A stretch of DNA of 64,000 bases. Source: Eledone cirrhosa (taxonomy: Eukaryota). Position numbers and translations under genes: made by a program. Within the stretch, counting starts at the first letter, position 1; each line of letters opens with the position of its first letter. A model generated the notes under the pieces. That model searched no databases, had not been told where the DNA came from, and was given only the letters and a program-made list of their open reading frames with translations. Below, piece after piece: positions 52,379 to 64,000 of the stretch. The stretch covers positions 64,232,001 through 64,296,000 of the forward strand of contig OZ024741.1 in assembly GCA_964016885.1 (NCBI GenBank), read 5' to 3'.

Positions 52379-52441
<63 letters not shown>

Positions 52442-53813
52442 CGTATGTATGTGATAATGTAAATGTGTATTAAGTTATGCGCTAAGCAGCCCAAGTCTAT
52501 GAAGAAGTTATATCTGTGTATATATATAACAGTATCAACCGTTCTATATAAATTTACAAGTTTTAGTATATAAATATGTAAATATGCCAAATATTATTGC
52601 TATAAATGTTGTTAGTTGCTGCCGACACAGATGTTTTCCCTACGCTCCGTTTAAAGGGCATTTTCATCCTGGATTACCCACTGAAAAAAGTATTTGTTTT
52701 TTTACTAACAAAAAGTTTCAGAACATTTGGAAATTTGTCTCATTACCTCAGAATGGAAAAGTAGATTTGTCTTTAAAGATTGCATTCTATCACACACATT
52801 TGAAGAAAGAGAGACATAGAGAAAGAGAGAAGGAGACAGCGAAGGAAAATGGAAGAGAGAGAGCTGGTGGTGGTGTTGTGTGTATATATATATATGTGTG
52901 TGTGTGGGTGTTTCTTTGACCAGTGTATATAGGTCGTAGATAGATTTGCATTCTATCACACACATTTGAGGAAAGAGAGCCATAGAGAGAGGGAGAAGGA
53001 GACAGAGAAGGAAAATGGAAGAGAGAGAGCTGGTGGTGGTGTTGGGTGGGTGGGTTGGTGTGTATATCTATATATATATATATATATATATCGGTGTGTC
53101 TGTGACCAGTGTATATAGGTCGTAGATAGATTTGCATTCTATCACACACATTTGAGGACTTCGATAATCCTTTGTTTATTAGTGAAACAATATAGCCTCT
53201 TCTGAATAGCGAAATTAGGTGCTAAACACAAATGTGGTAGCAGTAAATATGCTTCTAAAGCTTTTGAAAACAAAAGCTGATTGGAAAGGCGAATAAAACA
53301 CGGAAAATTAACCAGGACAGTTAAACATAATTTGATAATCGATTACACAATCTTAAATGTCATTACAAGATCATAAAATACAACTCATTCTTTACAAACG
53401 TTCTACATCACAAAGCGATTTTCCATAAAAGCCAGCACAAGGATATATATAAACTACATATATATAAGCACACATATACACACACAATATATATATACAC
53501 ACACATGCATACATATATATATATATATATACACACACTCAAAAATATATATAAACACACACACACACACATATATATGTATATAAACACACACACACAT
53601 ACATATACATAGAAACATACAAACACGCACACATATATATAGACACACACCCCAGAGGTTCCAATATTGATTAGCCAGTCCTGTTTCTGAATATTAGCTT
53701 AGCATCTGTGTAAAGTTTCATCAGGATCAAATCAGTGGTCTAGGCGCCAACTGGTTATACACAGATACACAGACAGAAATTGCCATTTATATAGTGTATA
53801 TATATATATTATT

Positions 53814-54249
53814 ATTATTAGAAATGTAAGCTATCGCCGTATTTTGACTAAAGAAATTAAAGAAATTATTTAGACTGATAGTGGGGTCAAGAACCCTCGG
53901 AGAAATGGAAAAAGAAGAGTATTGACGTACATGGGAATCGAGCCCACATCTTTGGTTATCCGGACCACTGTGATACCATTTACACCAACACATCACCCGT
54001 CTTTTTCCATTCAAATTAGAAGCTATAAACTGAGCGACTGTAATGTCAAATAAGAATATTTTGGAAAAAGACGGGTGTTGTGTTGGTGTAAATGGTACCA
54101 CAGTGGTCCGGATAACCAAAGATGCGGGTTCGACTCCCATGTATGTCAATACTCATCTTTTTCCGAGGGTTCTTAACCCCACTATCAGGCTAAATAATTT
54201 CTTTAATTTCTTTAGTCAAAATACGGCGATAGCTTACATTTCTAATAAT
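53814..54249. mobile_element. Fold-back element whose arms carry a tRNA-like Pol III head
   Basis: Arms 53814-54009 and 54062-54249 are inverted repeats around a 52-bp spacer. Right arm has A box TGGTGTAAATGG (54084) and B box GGTTCGACTCC (54127). Confidence 0.7.
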
Positions 54250-54379
54250 TTCAAATCAACTCGCTGTTTCGAAAATATAACGACACACACTCATATACAC
54301 AGCCACTTTGCTGTGAAACCCAATATTAAAACATTTTCTTCCCTCCTACAATTATTTTGTCACTCTCTCAAAATATTAC

Positions 54380-55505
54380 CCCTCTCTCACTAAAATATTA
54401 TACCTTTCTCACCCTCTCTATATACCACTACATGTCTCACTCTCTCTCACTAGACCAACATTCTCCCTCTCACTAAACGACTAAACTCCCTCCCCCTCTC
54501 TATATCCGACTACATACCCCACTCTCTCACTCTGACAATTCCCACTCTCTCACTCTCACAATTCCTCCTCTCTCACTAAACCACAAAACTCTCTCCCTCT
54601 CTATATCCGACTACATATCTCACTTTCTCTCACTCTCGTAATCCCCTCTCTTATTAAACCACAAAAATTCTCCCCGTCTCTATATACCACTACATACCTC
54701 ACTCTCTATCAATTTCATAATTCCCCCTCTCCCACTAGATCACCAAATTCTCTTCCCTCTCTATATACCAGTACATACCTCACTCTCTTTCACAATTCCC
54801 CTCGCTCACTAGACGACTAAATTCTCTGCCCCTCTCTATATTCCATTACATACCTCACTCACTTCCCCTCTCTCTTAATTCCCCCTCTCTCACTAGGCCA
54901 ATAAACTCTCTCTCCTCTCTATAACCCACTACATACCTCATTCTCTCTCACAATTCCCCCTCTCTCACTAGACCACCAAATTCTCTCCCACCCTCAATAA
55001 CCAACTACATACCTCACTCTCTCTCACAATTCACCCTTTAGCACTAGACCACCAAATTCTCTCCCCTTCTTTATATTCCATTACACATCCCACTCTATTT
55101 CACTCTCTTAACTCCCTCTCTCTTAGAAGGCTAATAAACCCTCACCTCTCTCACTAGGCTAATAAACTCTCACCCCTCACTATATCCCACTACATACCTC
55201 TCTCTCTCTGTCACACAATTTTCCCTCTCCCACTAGACCAGCAAATTCTCTCTCCTCGCTCTATTCCACTACATAACTCACTCTCTTTCACTCTCTTAAT
55301 TCTCCATCGCTCACTAAACCAGCAAATACGCTCCCCCTCTATATATCTTACTACATACAACACACTCTCTCACAATTCGCCCTCTCTCATTAAACCAACA
55401 CATTCTCTCCCGCTCTCTATATTCCACTACATACCTCATTCTCTCACAAAATTCCCCCTCTCTCACTCGACCACCAAATTCTCTCTGCCCCTCTATGTAC
55501 CACTA
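54380..55505. repeat. Diverged pyrimidine-rich minisatellite, unit about 70 bp
   Basis: Recurrent CTCTCACTAGACCACCAAATTCTCTCCCCTCTCTATATTCCACTACATACCTCACTCTCTCACAATTCCC. Confidence 0.85.
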
Positions 55506-55799
55506 CAATATTTGTTTACTTTGAAACAACAAATGTTTTCACCTTCTGTAAAGAACAACAAAGTTCTCGATCCCCACCCCAACTTTCGAATCCCTTGGAT
55601 GTGGGAGAGATATTTCCTTTTTTGTGGTGTTCTTTTGTTGAATTATTTAACAGGAGTTTAAAATATGTGGTGGTGGAGGATGGTGGCAGTGTGTTGGTGT
55701 TGATAGAAGTGCGGTGGTGGTGGTGGTGGTGGTGGTGGTGTAGAGGGTGGTCGTGTTGGTAGTGTGGTGTTGTTTATTTTGAATATATCTATTTAACTA

Positions 55800-56100
55800 T
55801 CTATCTATATGCTACTAAAACTCTGTGATTGTGTGCTTGTCTGTAATTTAATACAGCCGATCTGTACATAATGGGGAAATACTTTGAAAAGAAATTGCCC
55901 CTGAAATGGCAATACAAATGGAATAAAACAAGTTTCGCGTAAATCGGAGCACGGGTCCTGAGATACGTGATTTTTCCGGGTACCTTCATAAATAGAGATA
56001 GAGAAAGATAGAGAGAAATGGATAGTGGTTGTGAGAGAGTAGATTGAAAGAGAGACATAGAGAGAGAGAGAAGGAGACAGAGAAGAGCTGGTGGTGTTGT

Positions 56101-56137
<37 letters not shown>

Positions 56138-56385
56138 TGGGTGTGTCTGTGACCCGTGTATATAGGTCACAGGACCCACATATATATATGTGTGTGTGTG
56201 TCTGTGTATGTGTCTGTGTCTGTGCCTGTATGTATGTATATACACACACACACACATATATATATATATATGTATCTTCCAATTTCATTTTATATTATAT
56301 ACATGTCTGTGTATATTTTAATTATTTAAAAATTATTTTTAGGTGAACATGATTTTTTTTATTCTTAAGCGAACGGGTGGTCTAG
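55800..56385 (+). mobile_element. Non-autonomous Helitron-like element
   Basis: Starts A|TCTATCTATAT and ends GGTGGTCTAG|T. The same end occurs at 61325 with a subterminal hairpin. Internal sequence is shared with 52790-53150. Confidence 0.5.
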
Positions 56386-56814
56386 TAAAAGATAGTGCTA
56401 TCTTGCCCGATAATTTTATACAGAAAAATACCAGGAAGATGGTATATATACATCTGTTTTGCAGGCATTGGAGTTTCTTTCCATAATCTCTCGAACGTAT
56501 GGTTGGATAACGCCCTGCCTAATATGTCGCAGACAGGGTGTACTATCGAGTGAAGGACAAGAATTAGAACATGTTAGCCCGTGAACACCTTCGATTGAAA
56601 AATCGATGGTTTTCCTATATCTTTCTCTGAATCATGTCACTCATTCTATTAATGATAGTTGATAATTTAGGCACAGAATTTATGGGGCGGAAAAGATCTA
56701 TTCAGACCTGAAAACTCTCCCTGTCGCACGGGGAGATCTCCCACCCCCTTTGGGTGGTGAGGGATGTCTTCTCTTGTGAAAATGGGTATAGCCTTCATTA
56801 TGTAAAATCTTCCA

Positions 56815-57005
56815 GGGCAGTGGATTGGCAGTATCAGTAGAGGTTCGGACGCCATGCTTTCTAGCATAGAGTTACGTCCCTTTACGGACTGGGTTCAAAT
56901 CCCTCCAAGGTTAACTTTGCCTTTCATCCTTACGGGGTCGATAAAATAAAGTACCAGTAATGTACTGGGTAATTGCTGGCCTTGTGTCAAAAGTAGAAAC
57001 AATTA
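56815..57005 (+). mobile_element. S1 SINE with TSD, inserted in another dispersed repeat
   Basis: ATTATGTAAAATCTTCC is duplicated at ~56797 and ~57002. The uninterrupted host repeat occurs inverted at ~60920-61090. Confidence 0.85.
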
Positions 57006-57109
57006 TGTAAAATCTTCCCATTTTGCCTCATTTCTCACCGTTTGGGGGCACTTTTTTCATGGTACTCCTCGTTTGGGTTTTTAGAGTTTGGTAGGTCTGT
57101 CTATTACAT

Positions 57110-58122
57110 CGACCCAAGTACGTTACTGGTTCTTTATTTTATCGACCCCGGAAGAATGAAAGGCAAAATTGACCTTGGCGGGATTTGAACTCAGAATGTA
57201 AAGAGCCAGAACAAATACCGCAATGGTATTTTATCCCATGCTATAACAGTTCTGCCAATCCACCCCCGTTGATAGTTAATAATTAGTCATAATTTATTGT
57301 TAATCGCTATCAACGACGAAAAATTTAAAATGTTGGTTTCGGAACACTAAGCATTATATACTGATTTGAGAAGAATGGATATTTTTCAAAGTAAACATGC
57401 CAATTATGGTACCTCTGTATACTCTGTAGACTTGCTGGGAATAACATCCAAGTTACACCCTACAATCTTAAAACAAAAAGCCACATTGCTTAATTTAGTC
57501 CTGGGTTCATTGTGCTTTGGAAGGAAAAATAAGGTATAGTCGTGTCTACAATACACTTTGATGTTTGATTTTATCGATCAGGGGATGGACTATAAGGACA
57601 ACCTATATACTAAAAACATTTTTAACAGAAAAATTGGAGAGAGAAATATAATCTAGTAAAACATCCTCATTATTTAACTGGCGGTGGATTGGCAGTATCG
57701 GTAGAGGGTCTGACGCCATGCTTTCCAGCATAGTTACGTCCCTTTACGATCTGAGTTCAAATCCCGCCGAGGTTGACTTTGCCTTTCATCCTTACGGGGT
57801 CGATAAAATAAAGTACCAGTAATGCACTGGGTAATTGCTGGCCTTGTGCCTAAAGTAGAAACAATTATTTAACTGGTACGGGAAGTGGATTAGCAGAATC
57901 GGTAGAGTGTCGGACAACATGCTTTGCAACATATAATTACGTCCATTTATGTTCTGCGTTGAAATCCCGCCGGGGATAGCTTTGCCTTTCATCCTTATGG
58001 GGTCAATAAAATAAAGTACCAGTGGGGTCGATTTAATCGACTTTCCCCTCCCCAAAAAAACTGTTTGCTTTGAGCCTAAATCAGAAACCATTGCTGGCCT
58101 TGTGCCAAAAGTAGAAACAATT
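57110..58122. mobile_element. Three further S1-like SINEs (57110-57270 -, 57680-57868 +, 57880-58122 +)
   Basis: Same A/B boxes, core and tail motifs as the other S1 copies. Confidence 0.82.
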
Positions 58123-58534
58123 ATTTGACTAGTACTTATTATATCAACCATCAAATAATGGAAGTTGAAGTCGAATTCGGGAAGATATTCGAACTCAAAA
58201 GATAGACGAAACGTAAGCAATTACATTAGACAATATCAAATAAAAGTAAATAATACAAGATCTCTTTTCCAAGTTGATGTTACCTATTAGACGAAATTGA
58301 AATGAGTGTATTGTTACACACGAAGTCATTAAAACGCTAGATAAAGAGAAATATATATGCAGTTGTTGCTTGCAGAAAATTCGTTTTCCGTGGGTTTCTT
58401 TTTAGTTTCAATAAATTCAATATCGTCGGTCCTTGTGAACAATTAGTAACTAAGAGACATTTTTCGTTTAGCTAAAGATAAATTTAATATTTTGATAAAC
58501 GTTCAGTAATAGAATCCAATAGGAATAGATATTT

Positions 58535-58630
58535 TCATCGAAATGTCGATACTTCTCTTCCCGGCAATAATTTCTGTCGTATATTAACGAATACTTGCAA
58601 AGGTTTCGTATTGAACCGAAGGTTCATTTG
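58535..58630 (-). CDS. Candidate terminal coding exon of an unidentified host gene
   Basis: Acceptor TTCATTTTAG|, phase-0 frame QMNLRFNTKPLQVFVNIRQKLLPGREVSTFR*. No homology recognised. Confidence 0.3.
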   Translation of the reverse strand, partial: QMNLRFNTKPLQVFVNIRQKLLPGREVSTFR

Positions 58631-58683
58631 CTAAAATGAATTGTAAATAACATACGTATGTGCTATTGAAAATATGTTATTTA

Positions 58684-58793
<110 letters not shown>

Positions 58794-58840
58794 AATATAT
58801 ATATTACATGTATATATATATATATGTGTATGTATGTCTT

Positions 58841-58887
<47 letters not shown>

Positions 58888-59018
58888 AGAGAAAAAGAGT
58901 ATATTCATGAACACATACTATATATACGTGTGTGACTGTTTAAGTGAATACGGATAGATATGAATTTATATATATATATGAAAAAGAGATGATGCCCACA
59001 AGTACGTATGCATACATA

Positions 59019-59188
59019 CCAGTGTCGGCTGAAAAGTTCATAGGCTGACCAAGATACTCTCATCGAATGACCAAATGAAGAAAGAGACAATGCAGTTATT
59101 AATAAGAGTTGAAATTAATGCTTGCAAGATTTCACAGTTCTAGTTTCACAACTTCATAGTCAGCCCATGAACTTTTCAGCTAACCCTC

Positions 59189-59189
<1 letters not shown>
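59019..59189. mobile_element. Mariner-type MITE
   Basis: TIRs GGCTGAAAAGTTCATAGGCTGAC / GTCAGCCCATGAACTTTTCAGCTAACCCTCG; same family as 62102..62432. Confidence 0.7.
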
Positions 59190-59244
<55 letters not shown>

Positions 59245-59280
59245 ATGTGAGAAAAACCACAGACCCTCCATCTCAACTCA

Positions 59281-59318
59281 CCTTTTGAAAAGCAGAAGAA
59301 CTGCGAAACCGGTAAAGG
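59281..59318 (+). ncRNA. Minimal hammerhead with U3-A8 core variant
   Basis: CCTT-TTGAAAA-GCAG-aagaa-CTGC-GAAA-CCGG-TA-AAGG, inside a ~210-bp insert between (TA)n runs. Confidence 0.6.
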
Positions 59319-59449
59319 AACCAAATAAATATATATATTTTTTTTAAAAATAAGACTCCAGTTGCATTTTCGATTTCATCTCTTTTTCTTTATACTTTCA
59401 CTCGTGTAGGACACCTCGGTTATTTTTCATTTTGTAAAAAAAACCTCAC

Positions 59450-59525
<76 letters not shown>

Positions 59526-59576
59526 AAATAAAATAAAATAAATAAGTTAAATGTTTAAAATTTGGCTTCGTTTATT

Positions 59577-59633
59577 ACTGCTATATATATTTTTCGGTGA
59601 CAGCCATCTTTGGCTGTGACCTCTTCAGGCAGT
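59577..59633 (-). ncRNA. Hammerhead ribozyme in a PLE-type 3' end
   Basis: Minus strand ACTGC-CTGAAGA-GGTCACAGCCA-aaga-TGGCTGTCACC-GAAA-aa-TATATA-TA-GCAGT, just before a (TA)n run. Confidence 0.7.
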
Positions 59634-59789
59634 CCGAATTAGTGTGGTAGAGACGAGTACACATGCTGTTGAGGTGTTTAACTTTGTCAATACTCTTATA
59701 TGCCCAGTTCCTGGTTGGGTTGTTGTTTCACTGAGGAACTGGAATCATATGAATTTAAACAAACGAATTTCAGCGTTAAAGGACATCTT

Positions 59790-60220
59790 CTCCTCTCATT
59801 GGTCAGTTGTGAGAACATTCCTCAGTCAAAACTCTATAGAAATTCATTCTGAGGCAAGGCAATCTGTAGTGGTTGTTCTTGTTATTGTTAAGTACATCTG
59901 ACTTCTACTCTTATGTTGGTATTGGTGTTGGTGTTAGAGTCAGCTCAAAAAAATGATAAAGTGGTAGAAGGAATAAGGTGGTAAAGGAACAAAATAAAAT
60001 AAAATAATCAAATAAAATGTGTGTGTTATACCCAATCTCAATGTTATAAAAATGTGTAAGGTCACTCCTCCCATTGGTCAGTCTTGAGAGCATTCCTCAG
60101 TCAAAAGTCTATAGAAATTCTTTCTGAGGTGAGGTTCCCTGTAGTGTTTGTTTTTGCTATTGTTAAGTACATCTGACCTCTACACTTAATTTGGTAGTGT
60201 TGTTGGTGTTGTGGTCAGCC
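59790..60220. repeat. Diverged ~155-bp direct repeat, probably in a PLE 3' UTR
   Basis: CTCCTC.CATTGGTCAGT...GTTAAGTACATCTGAC...GTCAGC at ~59790 and ~60066. Confidence 0.7.
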
Positions 60221-61296
60221 TATTTCTTGCTGCTGCTGACATTTAGAAGTATTCTCTAGGCTTGTACTTATAGCTTTTTATATATTTTTTACTAATTTTC
60301 TTGTAGAATTTATTGGTATTTAATTCAAACGTTTTGTTCTCTTAAAAGAAGTCGTTGAGTTATTCAAAAGGTTTGCTGGTATGATTTTCTTAAACTTTTT
60401 GGGGGCTCCTTTAATGGGAGCATCTAGCCTCCTCCATTAATTCTTGCAACTTATCTCTAAGGGTTGTGATCTTCCAGATTCCAATGGTTACGGTTTACTC
60501 CCTTCCGTCATATGACAGACGTTTTGTTGCATTAATAAACATAACTACTGCGCATCAAGATTACATAAATCATGTTACGAAACCTAGTTTAGTAATAAGT
60601 TGTTGCATGCATGCCCTCGTACGCTACAATCAGCGCCTTGAGCCGGTGCTTAGCTCGGTTTTATGGCGTGAAGCGACTGAGAGTAAAAGACTTCCTCCAG
60701 GACAGGATGCCAGTCCATCGCAGGGTTAACCCCCAGCAATTGCTGGAGTGGCAGTGGGTTTTTGTTCCTTTGGGTTCAGACCTGTTCGGACCTGGTGTAA
60801 TATTTATTTACGGCGTCACACGTACATATTCAGATTATTATGATTGATAATGAATTATATTTTTCAAACTCTAGAAACCCTACCGCATGAAAAACGATAA
60901 CATCGTCAGACATGCCAACCTCAAAAACCCAAACGTGGAGTACCATGAAAAAAGGTGCCCCAAAACGGGGAGAAATGGGGTAAAATGGAGAGATTTTACA
61001 TAATGAAAGCTATACCGATTTTCACAAGAGAAGACATCTCTCACTCCCCCAAAAGTGGGTGAGATATCTCCCTGTCGCACAGGGAGATTTGACAGTTCTG
61101 CATCGGACTAAGCTGAGTGGTGATTTGCCATAATAGAAAATACATGGCCACCAGTACAAGACTGCGCCACGAAAACTAAAGAACCAAGTAAGTACTGAGG
61201 CCCATATGATCAATTTTCTTTTCCTCACAATAAAATGATTGTATTCTGCAAATGTAGATTAAGTGAACATGAGTTTTAAAGATATTTTTAAGTGAA

Positions 61297-61326
61297 CGTG
61301 ACCTAACAGGTCACGGGTGGTCTAGT
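61297..61326 (+). mobile_element. Helitron-type 3' terminus
   Basis: Hairpin CGTGACCT-aac-AGGTCACG, then GGTGGT-CTAG|T. Confidence 0.6.
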
Positions 61327-61337
61327 AAAACTATAAT

Positions 61338-61830
61338 AGGCGGCGAATTGGCAGAGTCGTTAGAACATCGGGTAGAATGCTTTATGGTATTCGTTTCGGC
61401 TGTCTGTTCTCTGAGTTCAAATCCCACCGAGTTCAACTTTACCTTTCATTTTTCGCGGTCGATAAAAAAAAGTACCAGTCTAGTACTAGGGTCTATCTTC
61501 CTTTCTCTGGAAGAAATATGCTGTACTCAAGTCTGTACGGTGCCCCTACGATTCTATCAGGAGTTACAGGACCATACATACATTAAACTATAATAAAACC
61601 AGATACAAAGACAGTTCGACTAAATGACACAGTGAAGTAGCCATTGGATTGGCAGTATCGGTAGAGGGTCGGACGCCATGTTTTGACGTATAGAGTTTCG
61701 GCCCTTGCCAATCTGAGTTCAAATCCCGCCGATGTTAATTTTGCCTTTCATCCTTACGGGATCGATAAAATAAAGTACCAGTAATGCACTGGGTAATTGC
61801 TGGCCTTGTGCCAAACGTAGAAACAATTAT
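61338..61830 (+). mobile_element. Two S1-like SINEs (61338-61490, 61645-61830)
   Basis: GGCGGCGAATTGGCAGAGTCG and TGGATTGGCAGTATCGG heads, GAGTTCAAATCC B boxes, shared core. Confidence 0.82.
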
Positions 61831-62101
61831 ATAGTTTAACTGACGAGTTGTTCTTAATATAACTTTGACAATGTTTAGTATATTATGCTTTCTGGATATG
61901 ATTTTATTACTGTTTAGCTCCAGGCCAGCCTTAATCCAGAAGATATATAATCAAAGCCATTCCAGTTGTTATAATCAAATCACTTTTTTTTTTCACGTAC
62001 AATGAGAATGTTTCATTATCTTAAGAGTGTTATGTTATCTAATGTTTCCTTCGTATGTCTGTGTTTTATGAATGTGTCTATATATTATGTGAATGTGTAT
62101 A

Positions 62102-62432
62102 CGAGGGTTGACTGAAAAGTTCATAAGCTGATTATGACGGAGTAATGGTAGAGCTGTGAAATCTTGCATGCATTAATTTCATTTCCTCTTATTGTTTCTT
62201 TCCATGGAATATGTTGAACAATAAACCTCATTTAGTCATTCCATGAGAGTATCTTGATCAGACTATGACGGAGTGATGCTAGAGCTATGAAATCTTGCAT
62301 GCATTAATTTCAACTCTTATTGTTAATAACTGCATTGTTTCATTCCAGGGACTATGATGAAAAATAAACCTCATTTGGTCATTGCATGAGAGTATTTTGG
62401 TCAGCCTATTAACTTTTCTGCCGAAGCCCTCG
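62102..62432. mobile_element. Mariner-type MITE with internal duplication
   Basis: TA|CGAGGGTTGACTGAAAAGTTCATAAGCTGA ... TCAGCCTATTAACTTTTCTGCCGAAGCCCTCG. Confidence 0.7.
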
Positions 62433-62842
62433 TTTGCGTATGTGTGTATGTGTTGCAGTGTCTGGAGCGGCATGAGAGGAAACACAGCACGGTTAACTTT
62501 TGGTATGGGTAACCGATTATCTATCAATATAGCTATCTATCTAATTATCTTTTTATATATATATATATATATATATACAATAAAGTATGTCCATAGAATC
62601 ATTTGATAAAATATATACACCATTTCCTCTCCCAATCAGCATAATCAACCACACAAAAAACCAATTAAACCAGGCTATAAGATTAAAAGAAATAATAGAT
62701 AAATAAACGACAGCTATCTATTCGCGATCAACAACTATAGAATATGTATCCAGTAGCATGTGGAAATCAATTAAATATATCGTCAACCATACACAATTAG
62801 GTATAAAACCAAAGTTAGAAGAAAAGATGTATATAAACATAC

Positions 62843-63000
62843 CAAAGTTACGTTTCTACCCCATGGAGTTTCATTTGCTTTTGGAAATATCCGATCAAGG
62901 ATAAATTCACGAGCTTCGAAATCATCAGGAAACAAACTCACTTGGACGAAGATTTTTCTTAGATGATCCCCGCCAGAAACGAATTCAAAATGTATAAGAA
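62843..63000 (-). CDS. Candidate internal coding exon of an unidentified host gene
   Basis: Acceptor CACGTCACAG|, stop-free frame LIHFEFVSGGDHLRKIFVQVSLFPDDFEAREFILDRIFPKANETPWGRNVTL, donor |GTATGT in phase 0. Confidence 0.35.
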
Positions 63001-63206
63001 CTGTGACGTGGCAGTGGTCAAATCATATAGCTATATATATATATATATATATATTGTTATACTTTGGGAGGGTCATGTTGCCAATAAGAAACACACGCAC
63101 CAGTTGCTTTCACTTCAATTTATTATAAATGAAATTTATAAATTTAGGAATTTATAAATTTCCGGTTGGTTGGTTGGTTCCACAACCAGTCGATTGTTCA
63201 TATATT

Positions 63207-63249
63207 GTCAAAGTGCTTTCGTCACACATTCTGTGACCTCTTCAGTGAC
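63207..63249 (-). ncRNA. Hammerhead (left arm)
   Basis: GTCA-CTGAAGA-g-GTCACA-gaatg-TGTGAC-GAAA-GCAC-TT-TGAC. Confidence 0.7.
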
Positions 63250-63383
63250 TGGAGATTCTTTTCTTTGTTTTTGTGCCTCTCCTTTGTTCTGTCCTACGCC
63301 ATCTTGTTTTTGTGTGTGTTACAAAACAAGATGGCGTAGGACAGAACAAAGGAGAGGCACAAAAATAAAGAAAAGAATCTTCA

Positions 63384-63426
63384 GTCACTGAAGAGGTCAC
63401 AGAATGTGTGACGAAAGAAGTTTGAC
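63384..63426 (+). ncRNA. Hammerhead (right arm; stem III mismatched)
   Basis: GTCA-CTGAAGA-g-GTCACA-gaatg-TGTGAC-GAAA-GAAG-TT-TGAC. Confidence 0.6.
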
Positions 63427-63681
63427 AATATATGAACAATCGTCTGGTTGTGGAACCAACCAACCAACCGGAAACTTATAAATTCCTAAATTTATAAATT
63501 TAATTTATAATAAATTGAAGTGAAAGCAACTGGGGCGTGTGTTTCTTATTGGCAACATGACCCTCCCAAAGTATAACAATATCGGTTTCAACACACTTTT
63601 CCAGATACAGAATCTTGCTAAACAAATTCAGAAACGATATATATATATAGCTATATACCTATATAACTACCTCTCTCTCGC

Positions 63682-63886
<205 letters not shown>

Positions 63887-64000
63887 CTATCTAGCTAGCT
63901 ATATGTCTGAGGATATAACGCCAATTTATATTGAACTGCTAATATGATCGAACGGGTTTATTTCGGAAATTCTACCAAATCAATTCAACATCAATTTTAA

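Larger units (their letters stand above)
63053..63637. mobile_element. Non-coding fold-back made of two inverted pLTRs of the 734..3375 PLE family
   Basis: Right arm 63321-63637 matches about 3053-3374. Left arm 63053-63311 is its inverse, lacking the last ~55 bp. (TA)n on both flanks. Confidence 0.9.

Noticed and set aside
53870-53905. CTGATAG...GAAA hammerhead-like string in the tRNA-headed fold-back
   Set aside because: Core is not CUGANGA and stems I and III do not form.
54080-54150. Functional tRNA gene
   Set aside because: A and B boxes are present but there is no convincing acceptor stem or cloverleaf; treated as a SINE-like head.
54380-55505. CRISPR-like array
   Set aside because: Eukaryotic context, no unique spacers, degenerate tandem units.

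Overview
AT-rich, microsatellite-rich eukaryotic DNA. The SINE content resembles octopus/cephalopod genomes, which is an inference. The window is almost entirely transposable elements sorted by microsatellite niche. (1) Penelope-like elements (PLEs; RT + GIY-YIG) and their non-coding fold-back derivatives sit in (TA)n runs. They carry at least nine hammerhead-ribozyme (HHR) motifs, including long-stem-II forms and a U3-A8 core variant. (2) Two near-identical full-length L1/Tx1-clade LINEs sit in (ATT)n and have complementary inactivating lesions. A sister Tx1 family (two copies, minus strand) sits in (TATC)n and has a shorter endonuclease targeting loop. (3) An R4/Dong-type RLE LINE forms a three-level nest with a PLE and one Tx1 copy. 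(4) There are many tRNA-derived SINEs, RTE/CR1 fragments, Tc1/mariner-type MITEs, Helitron-like ends and a ~70-bp minisatellite. No host gene is recognisable with confidence; two phase-compatible candidate minus-strand exons lie near 58.6 and 62.9 kb.
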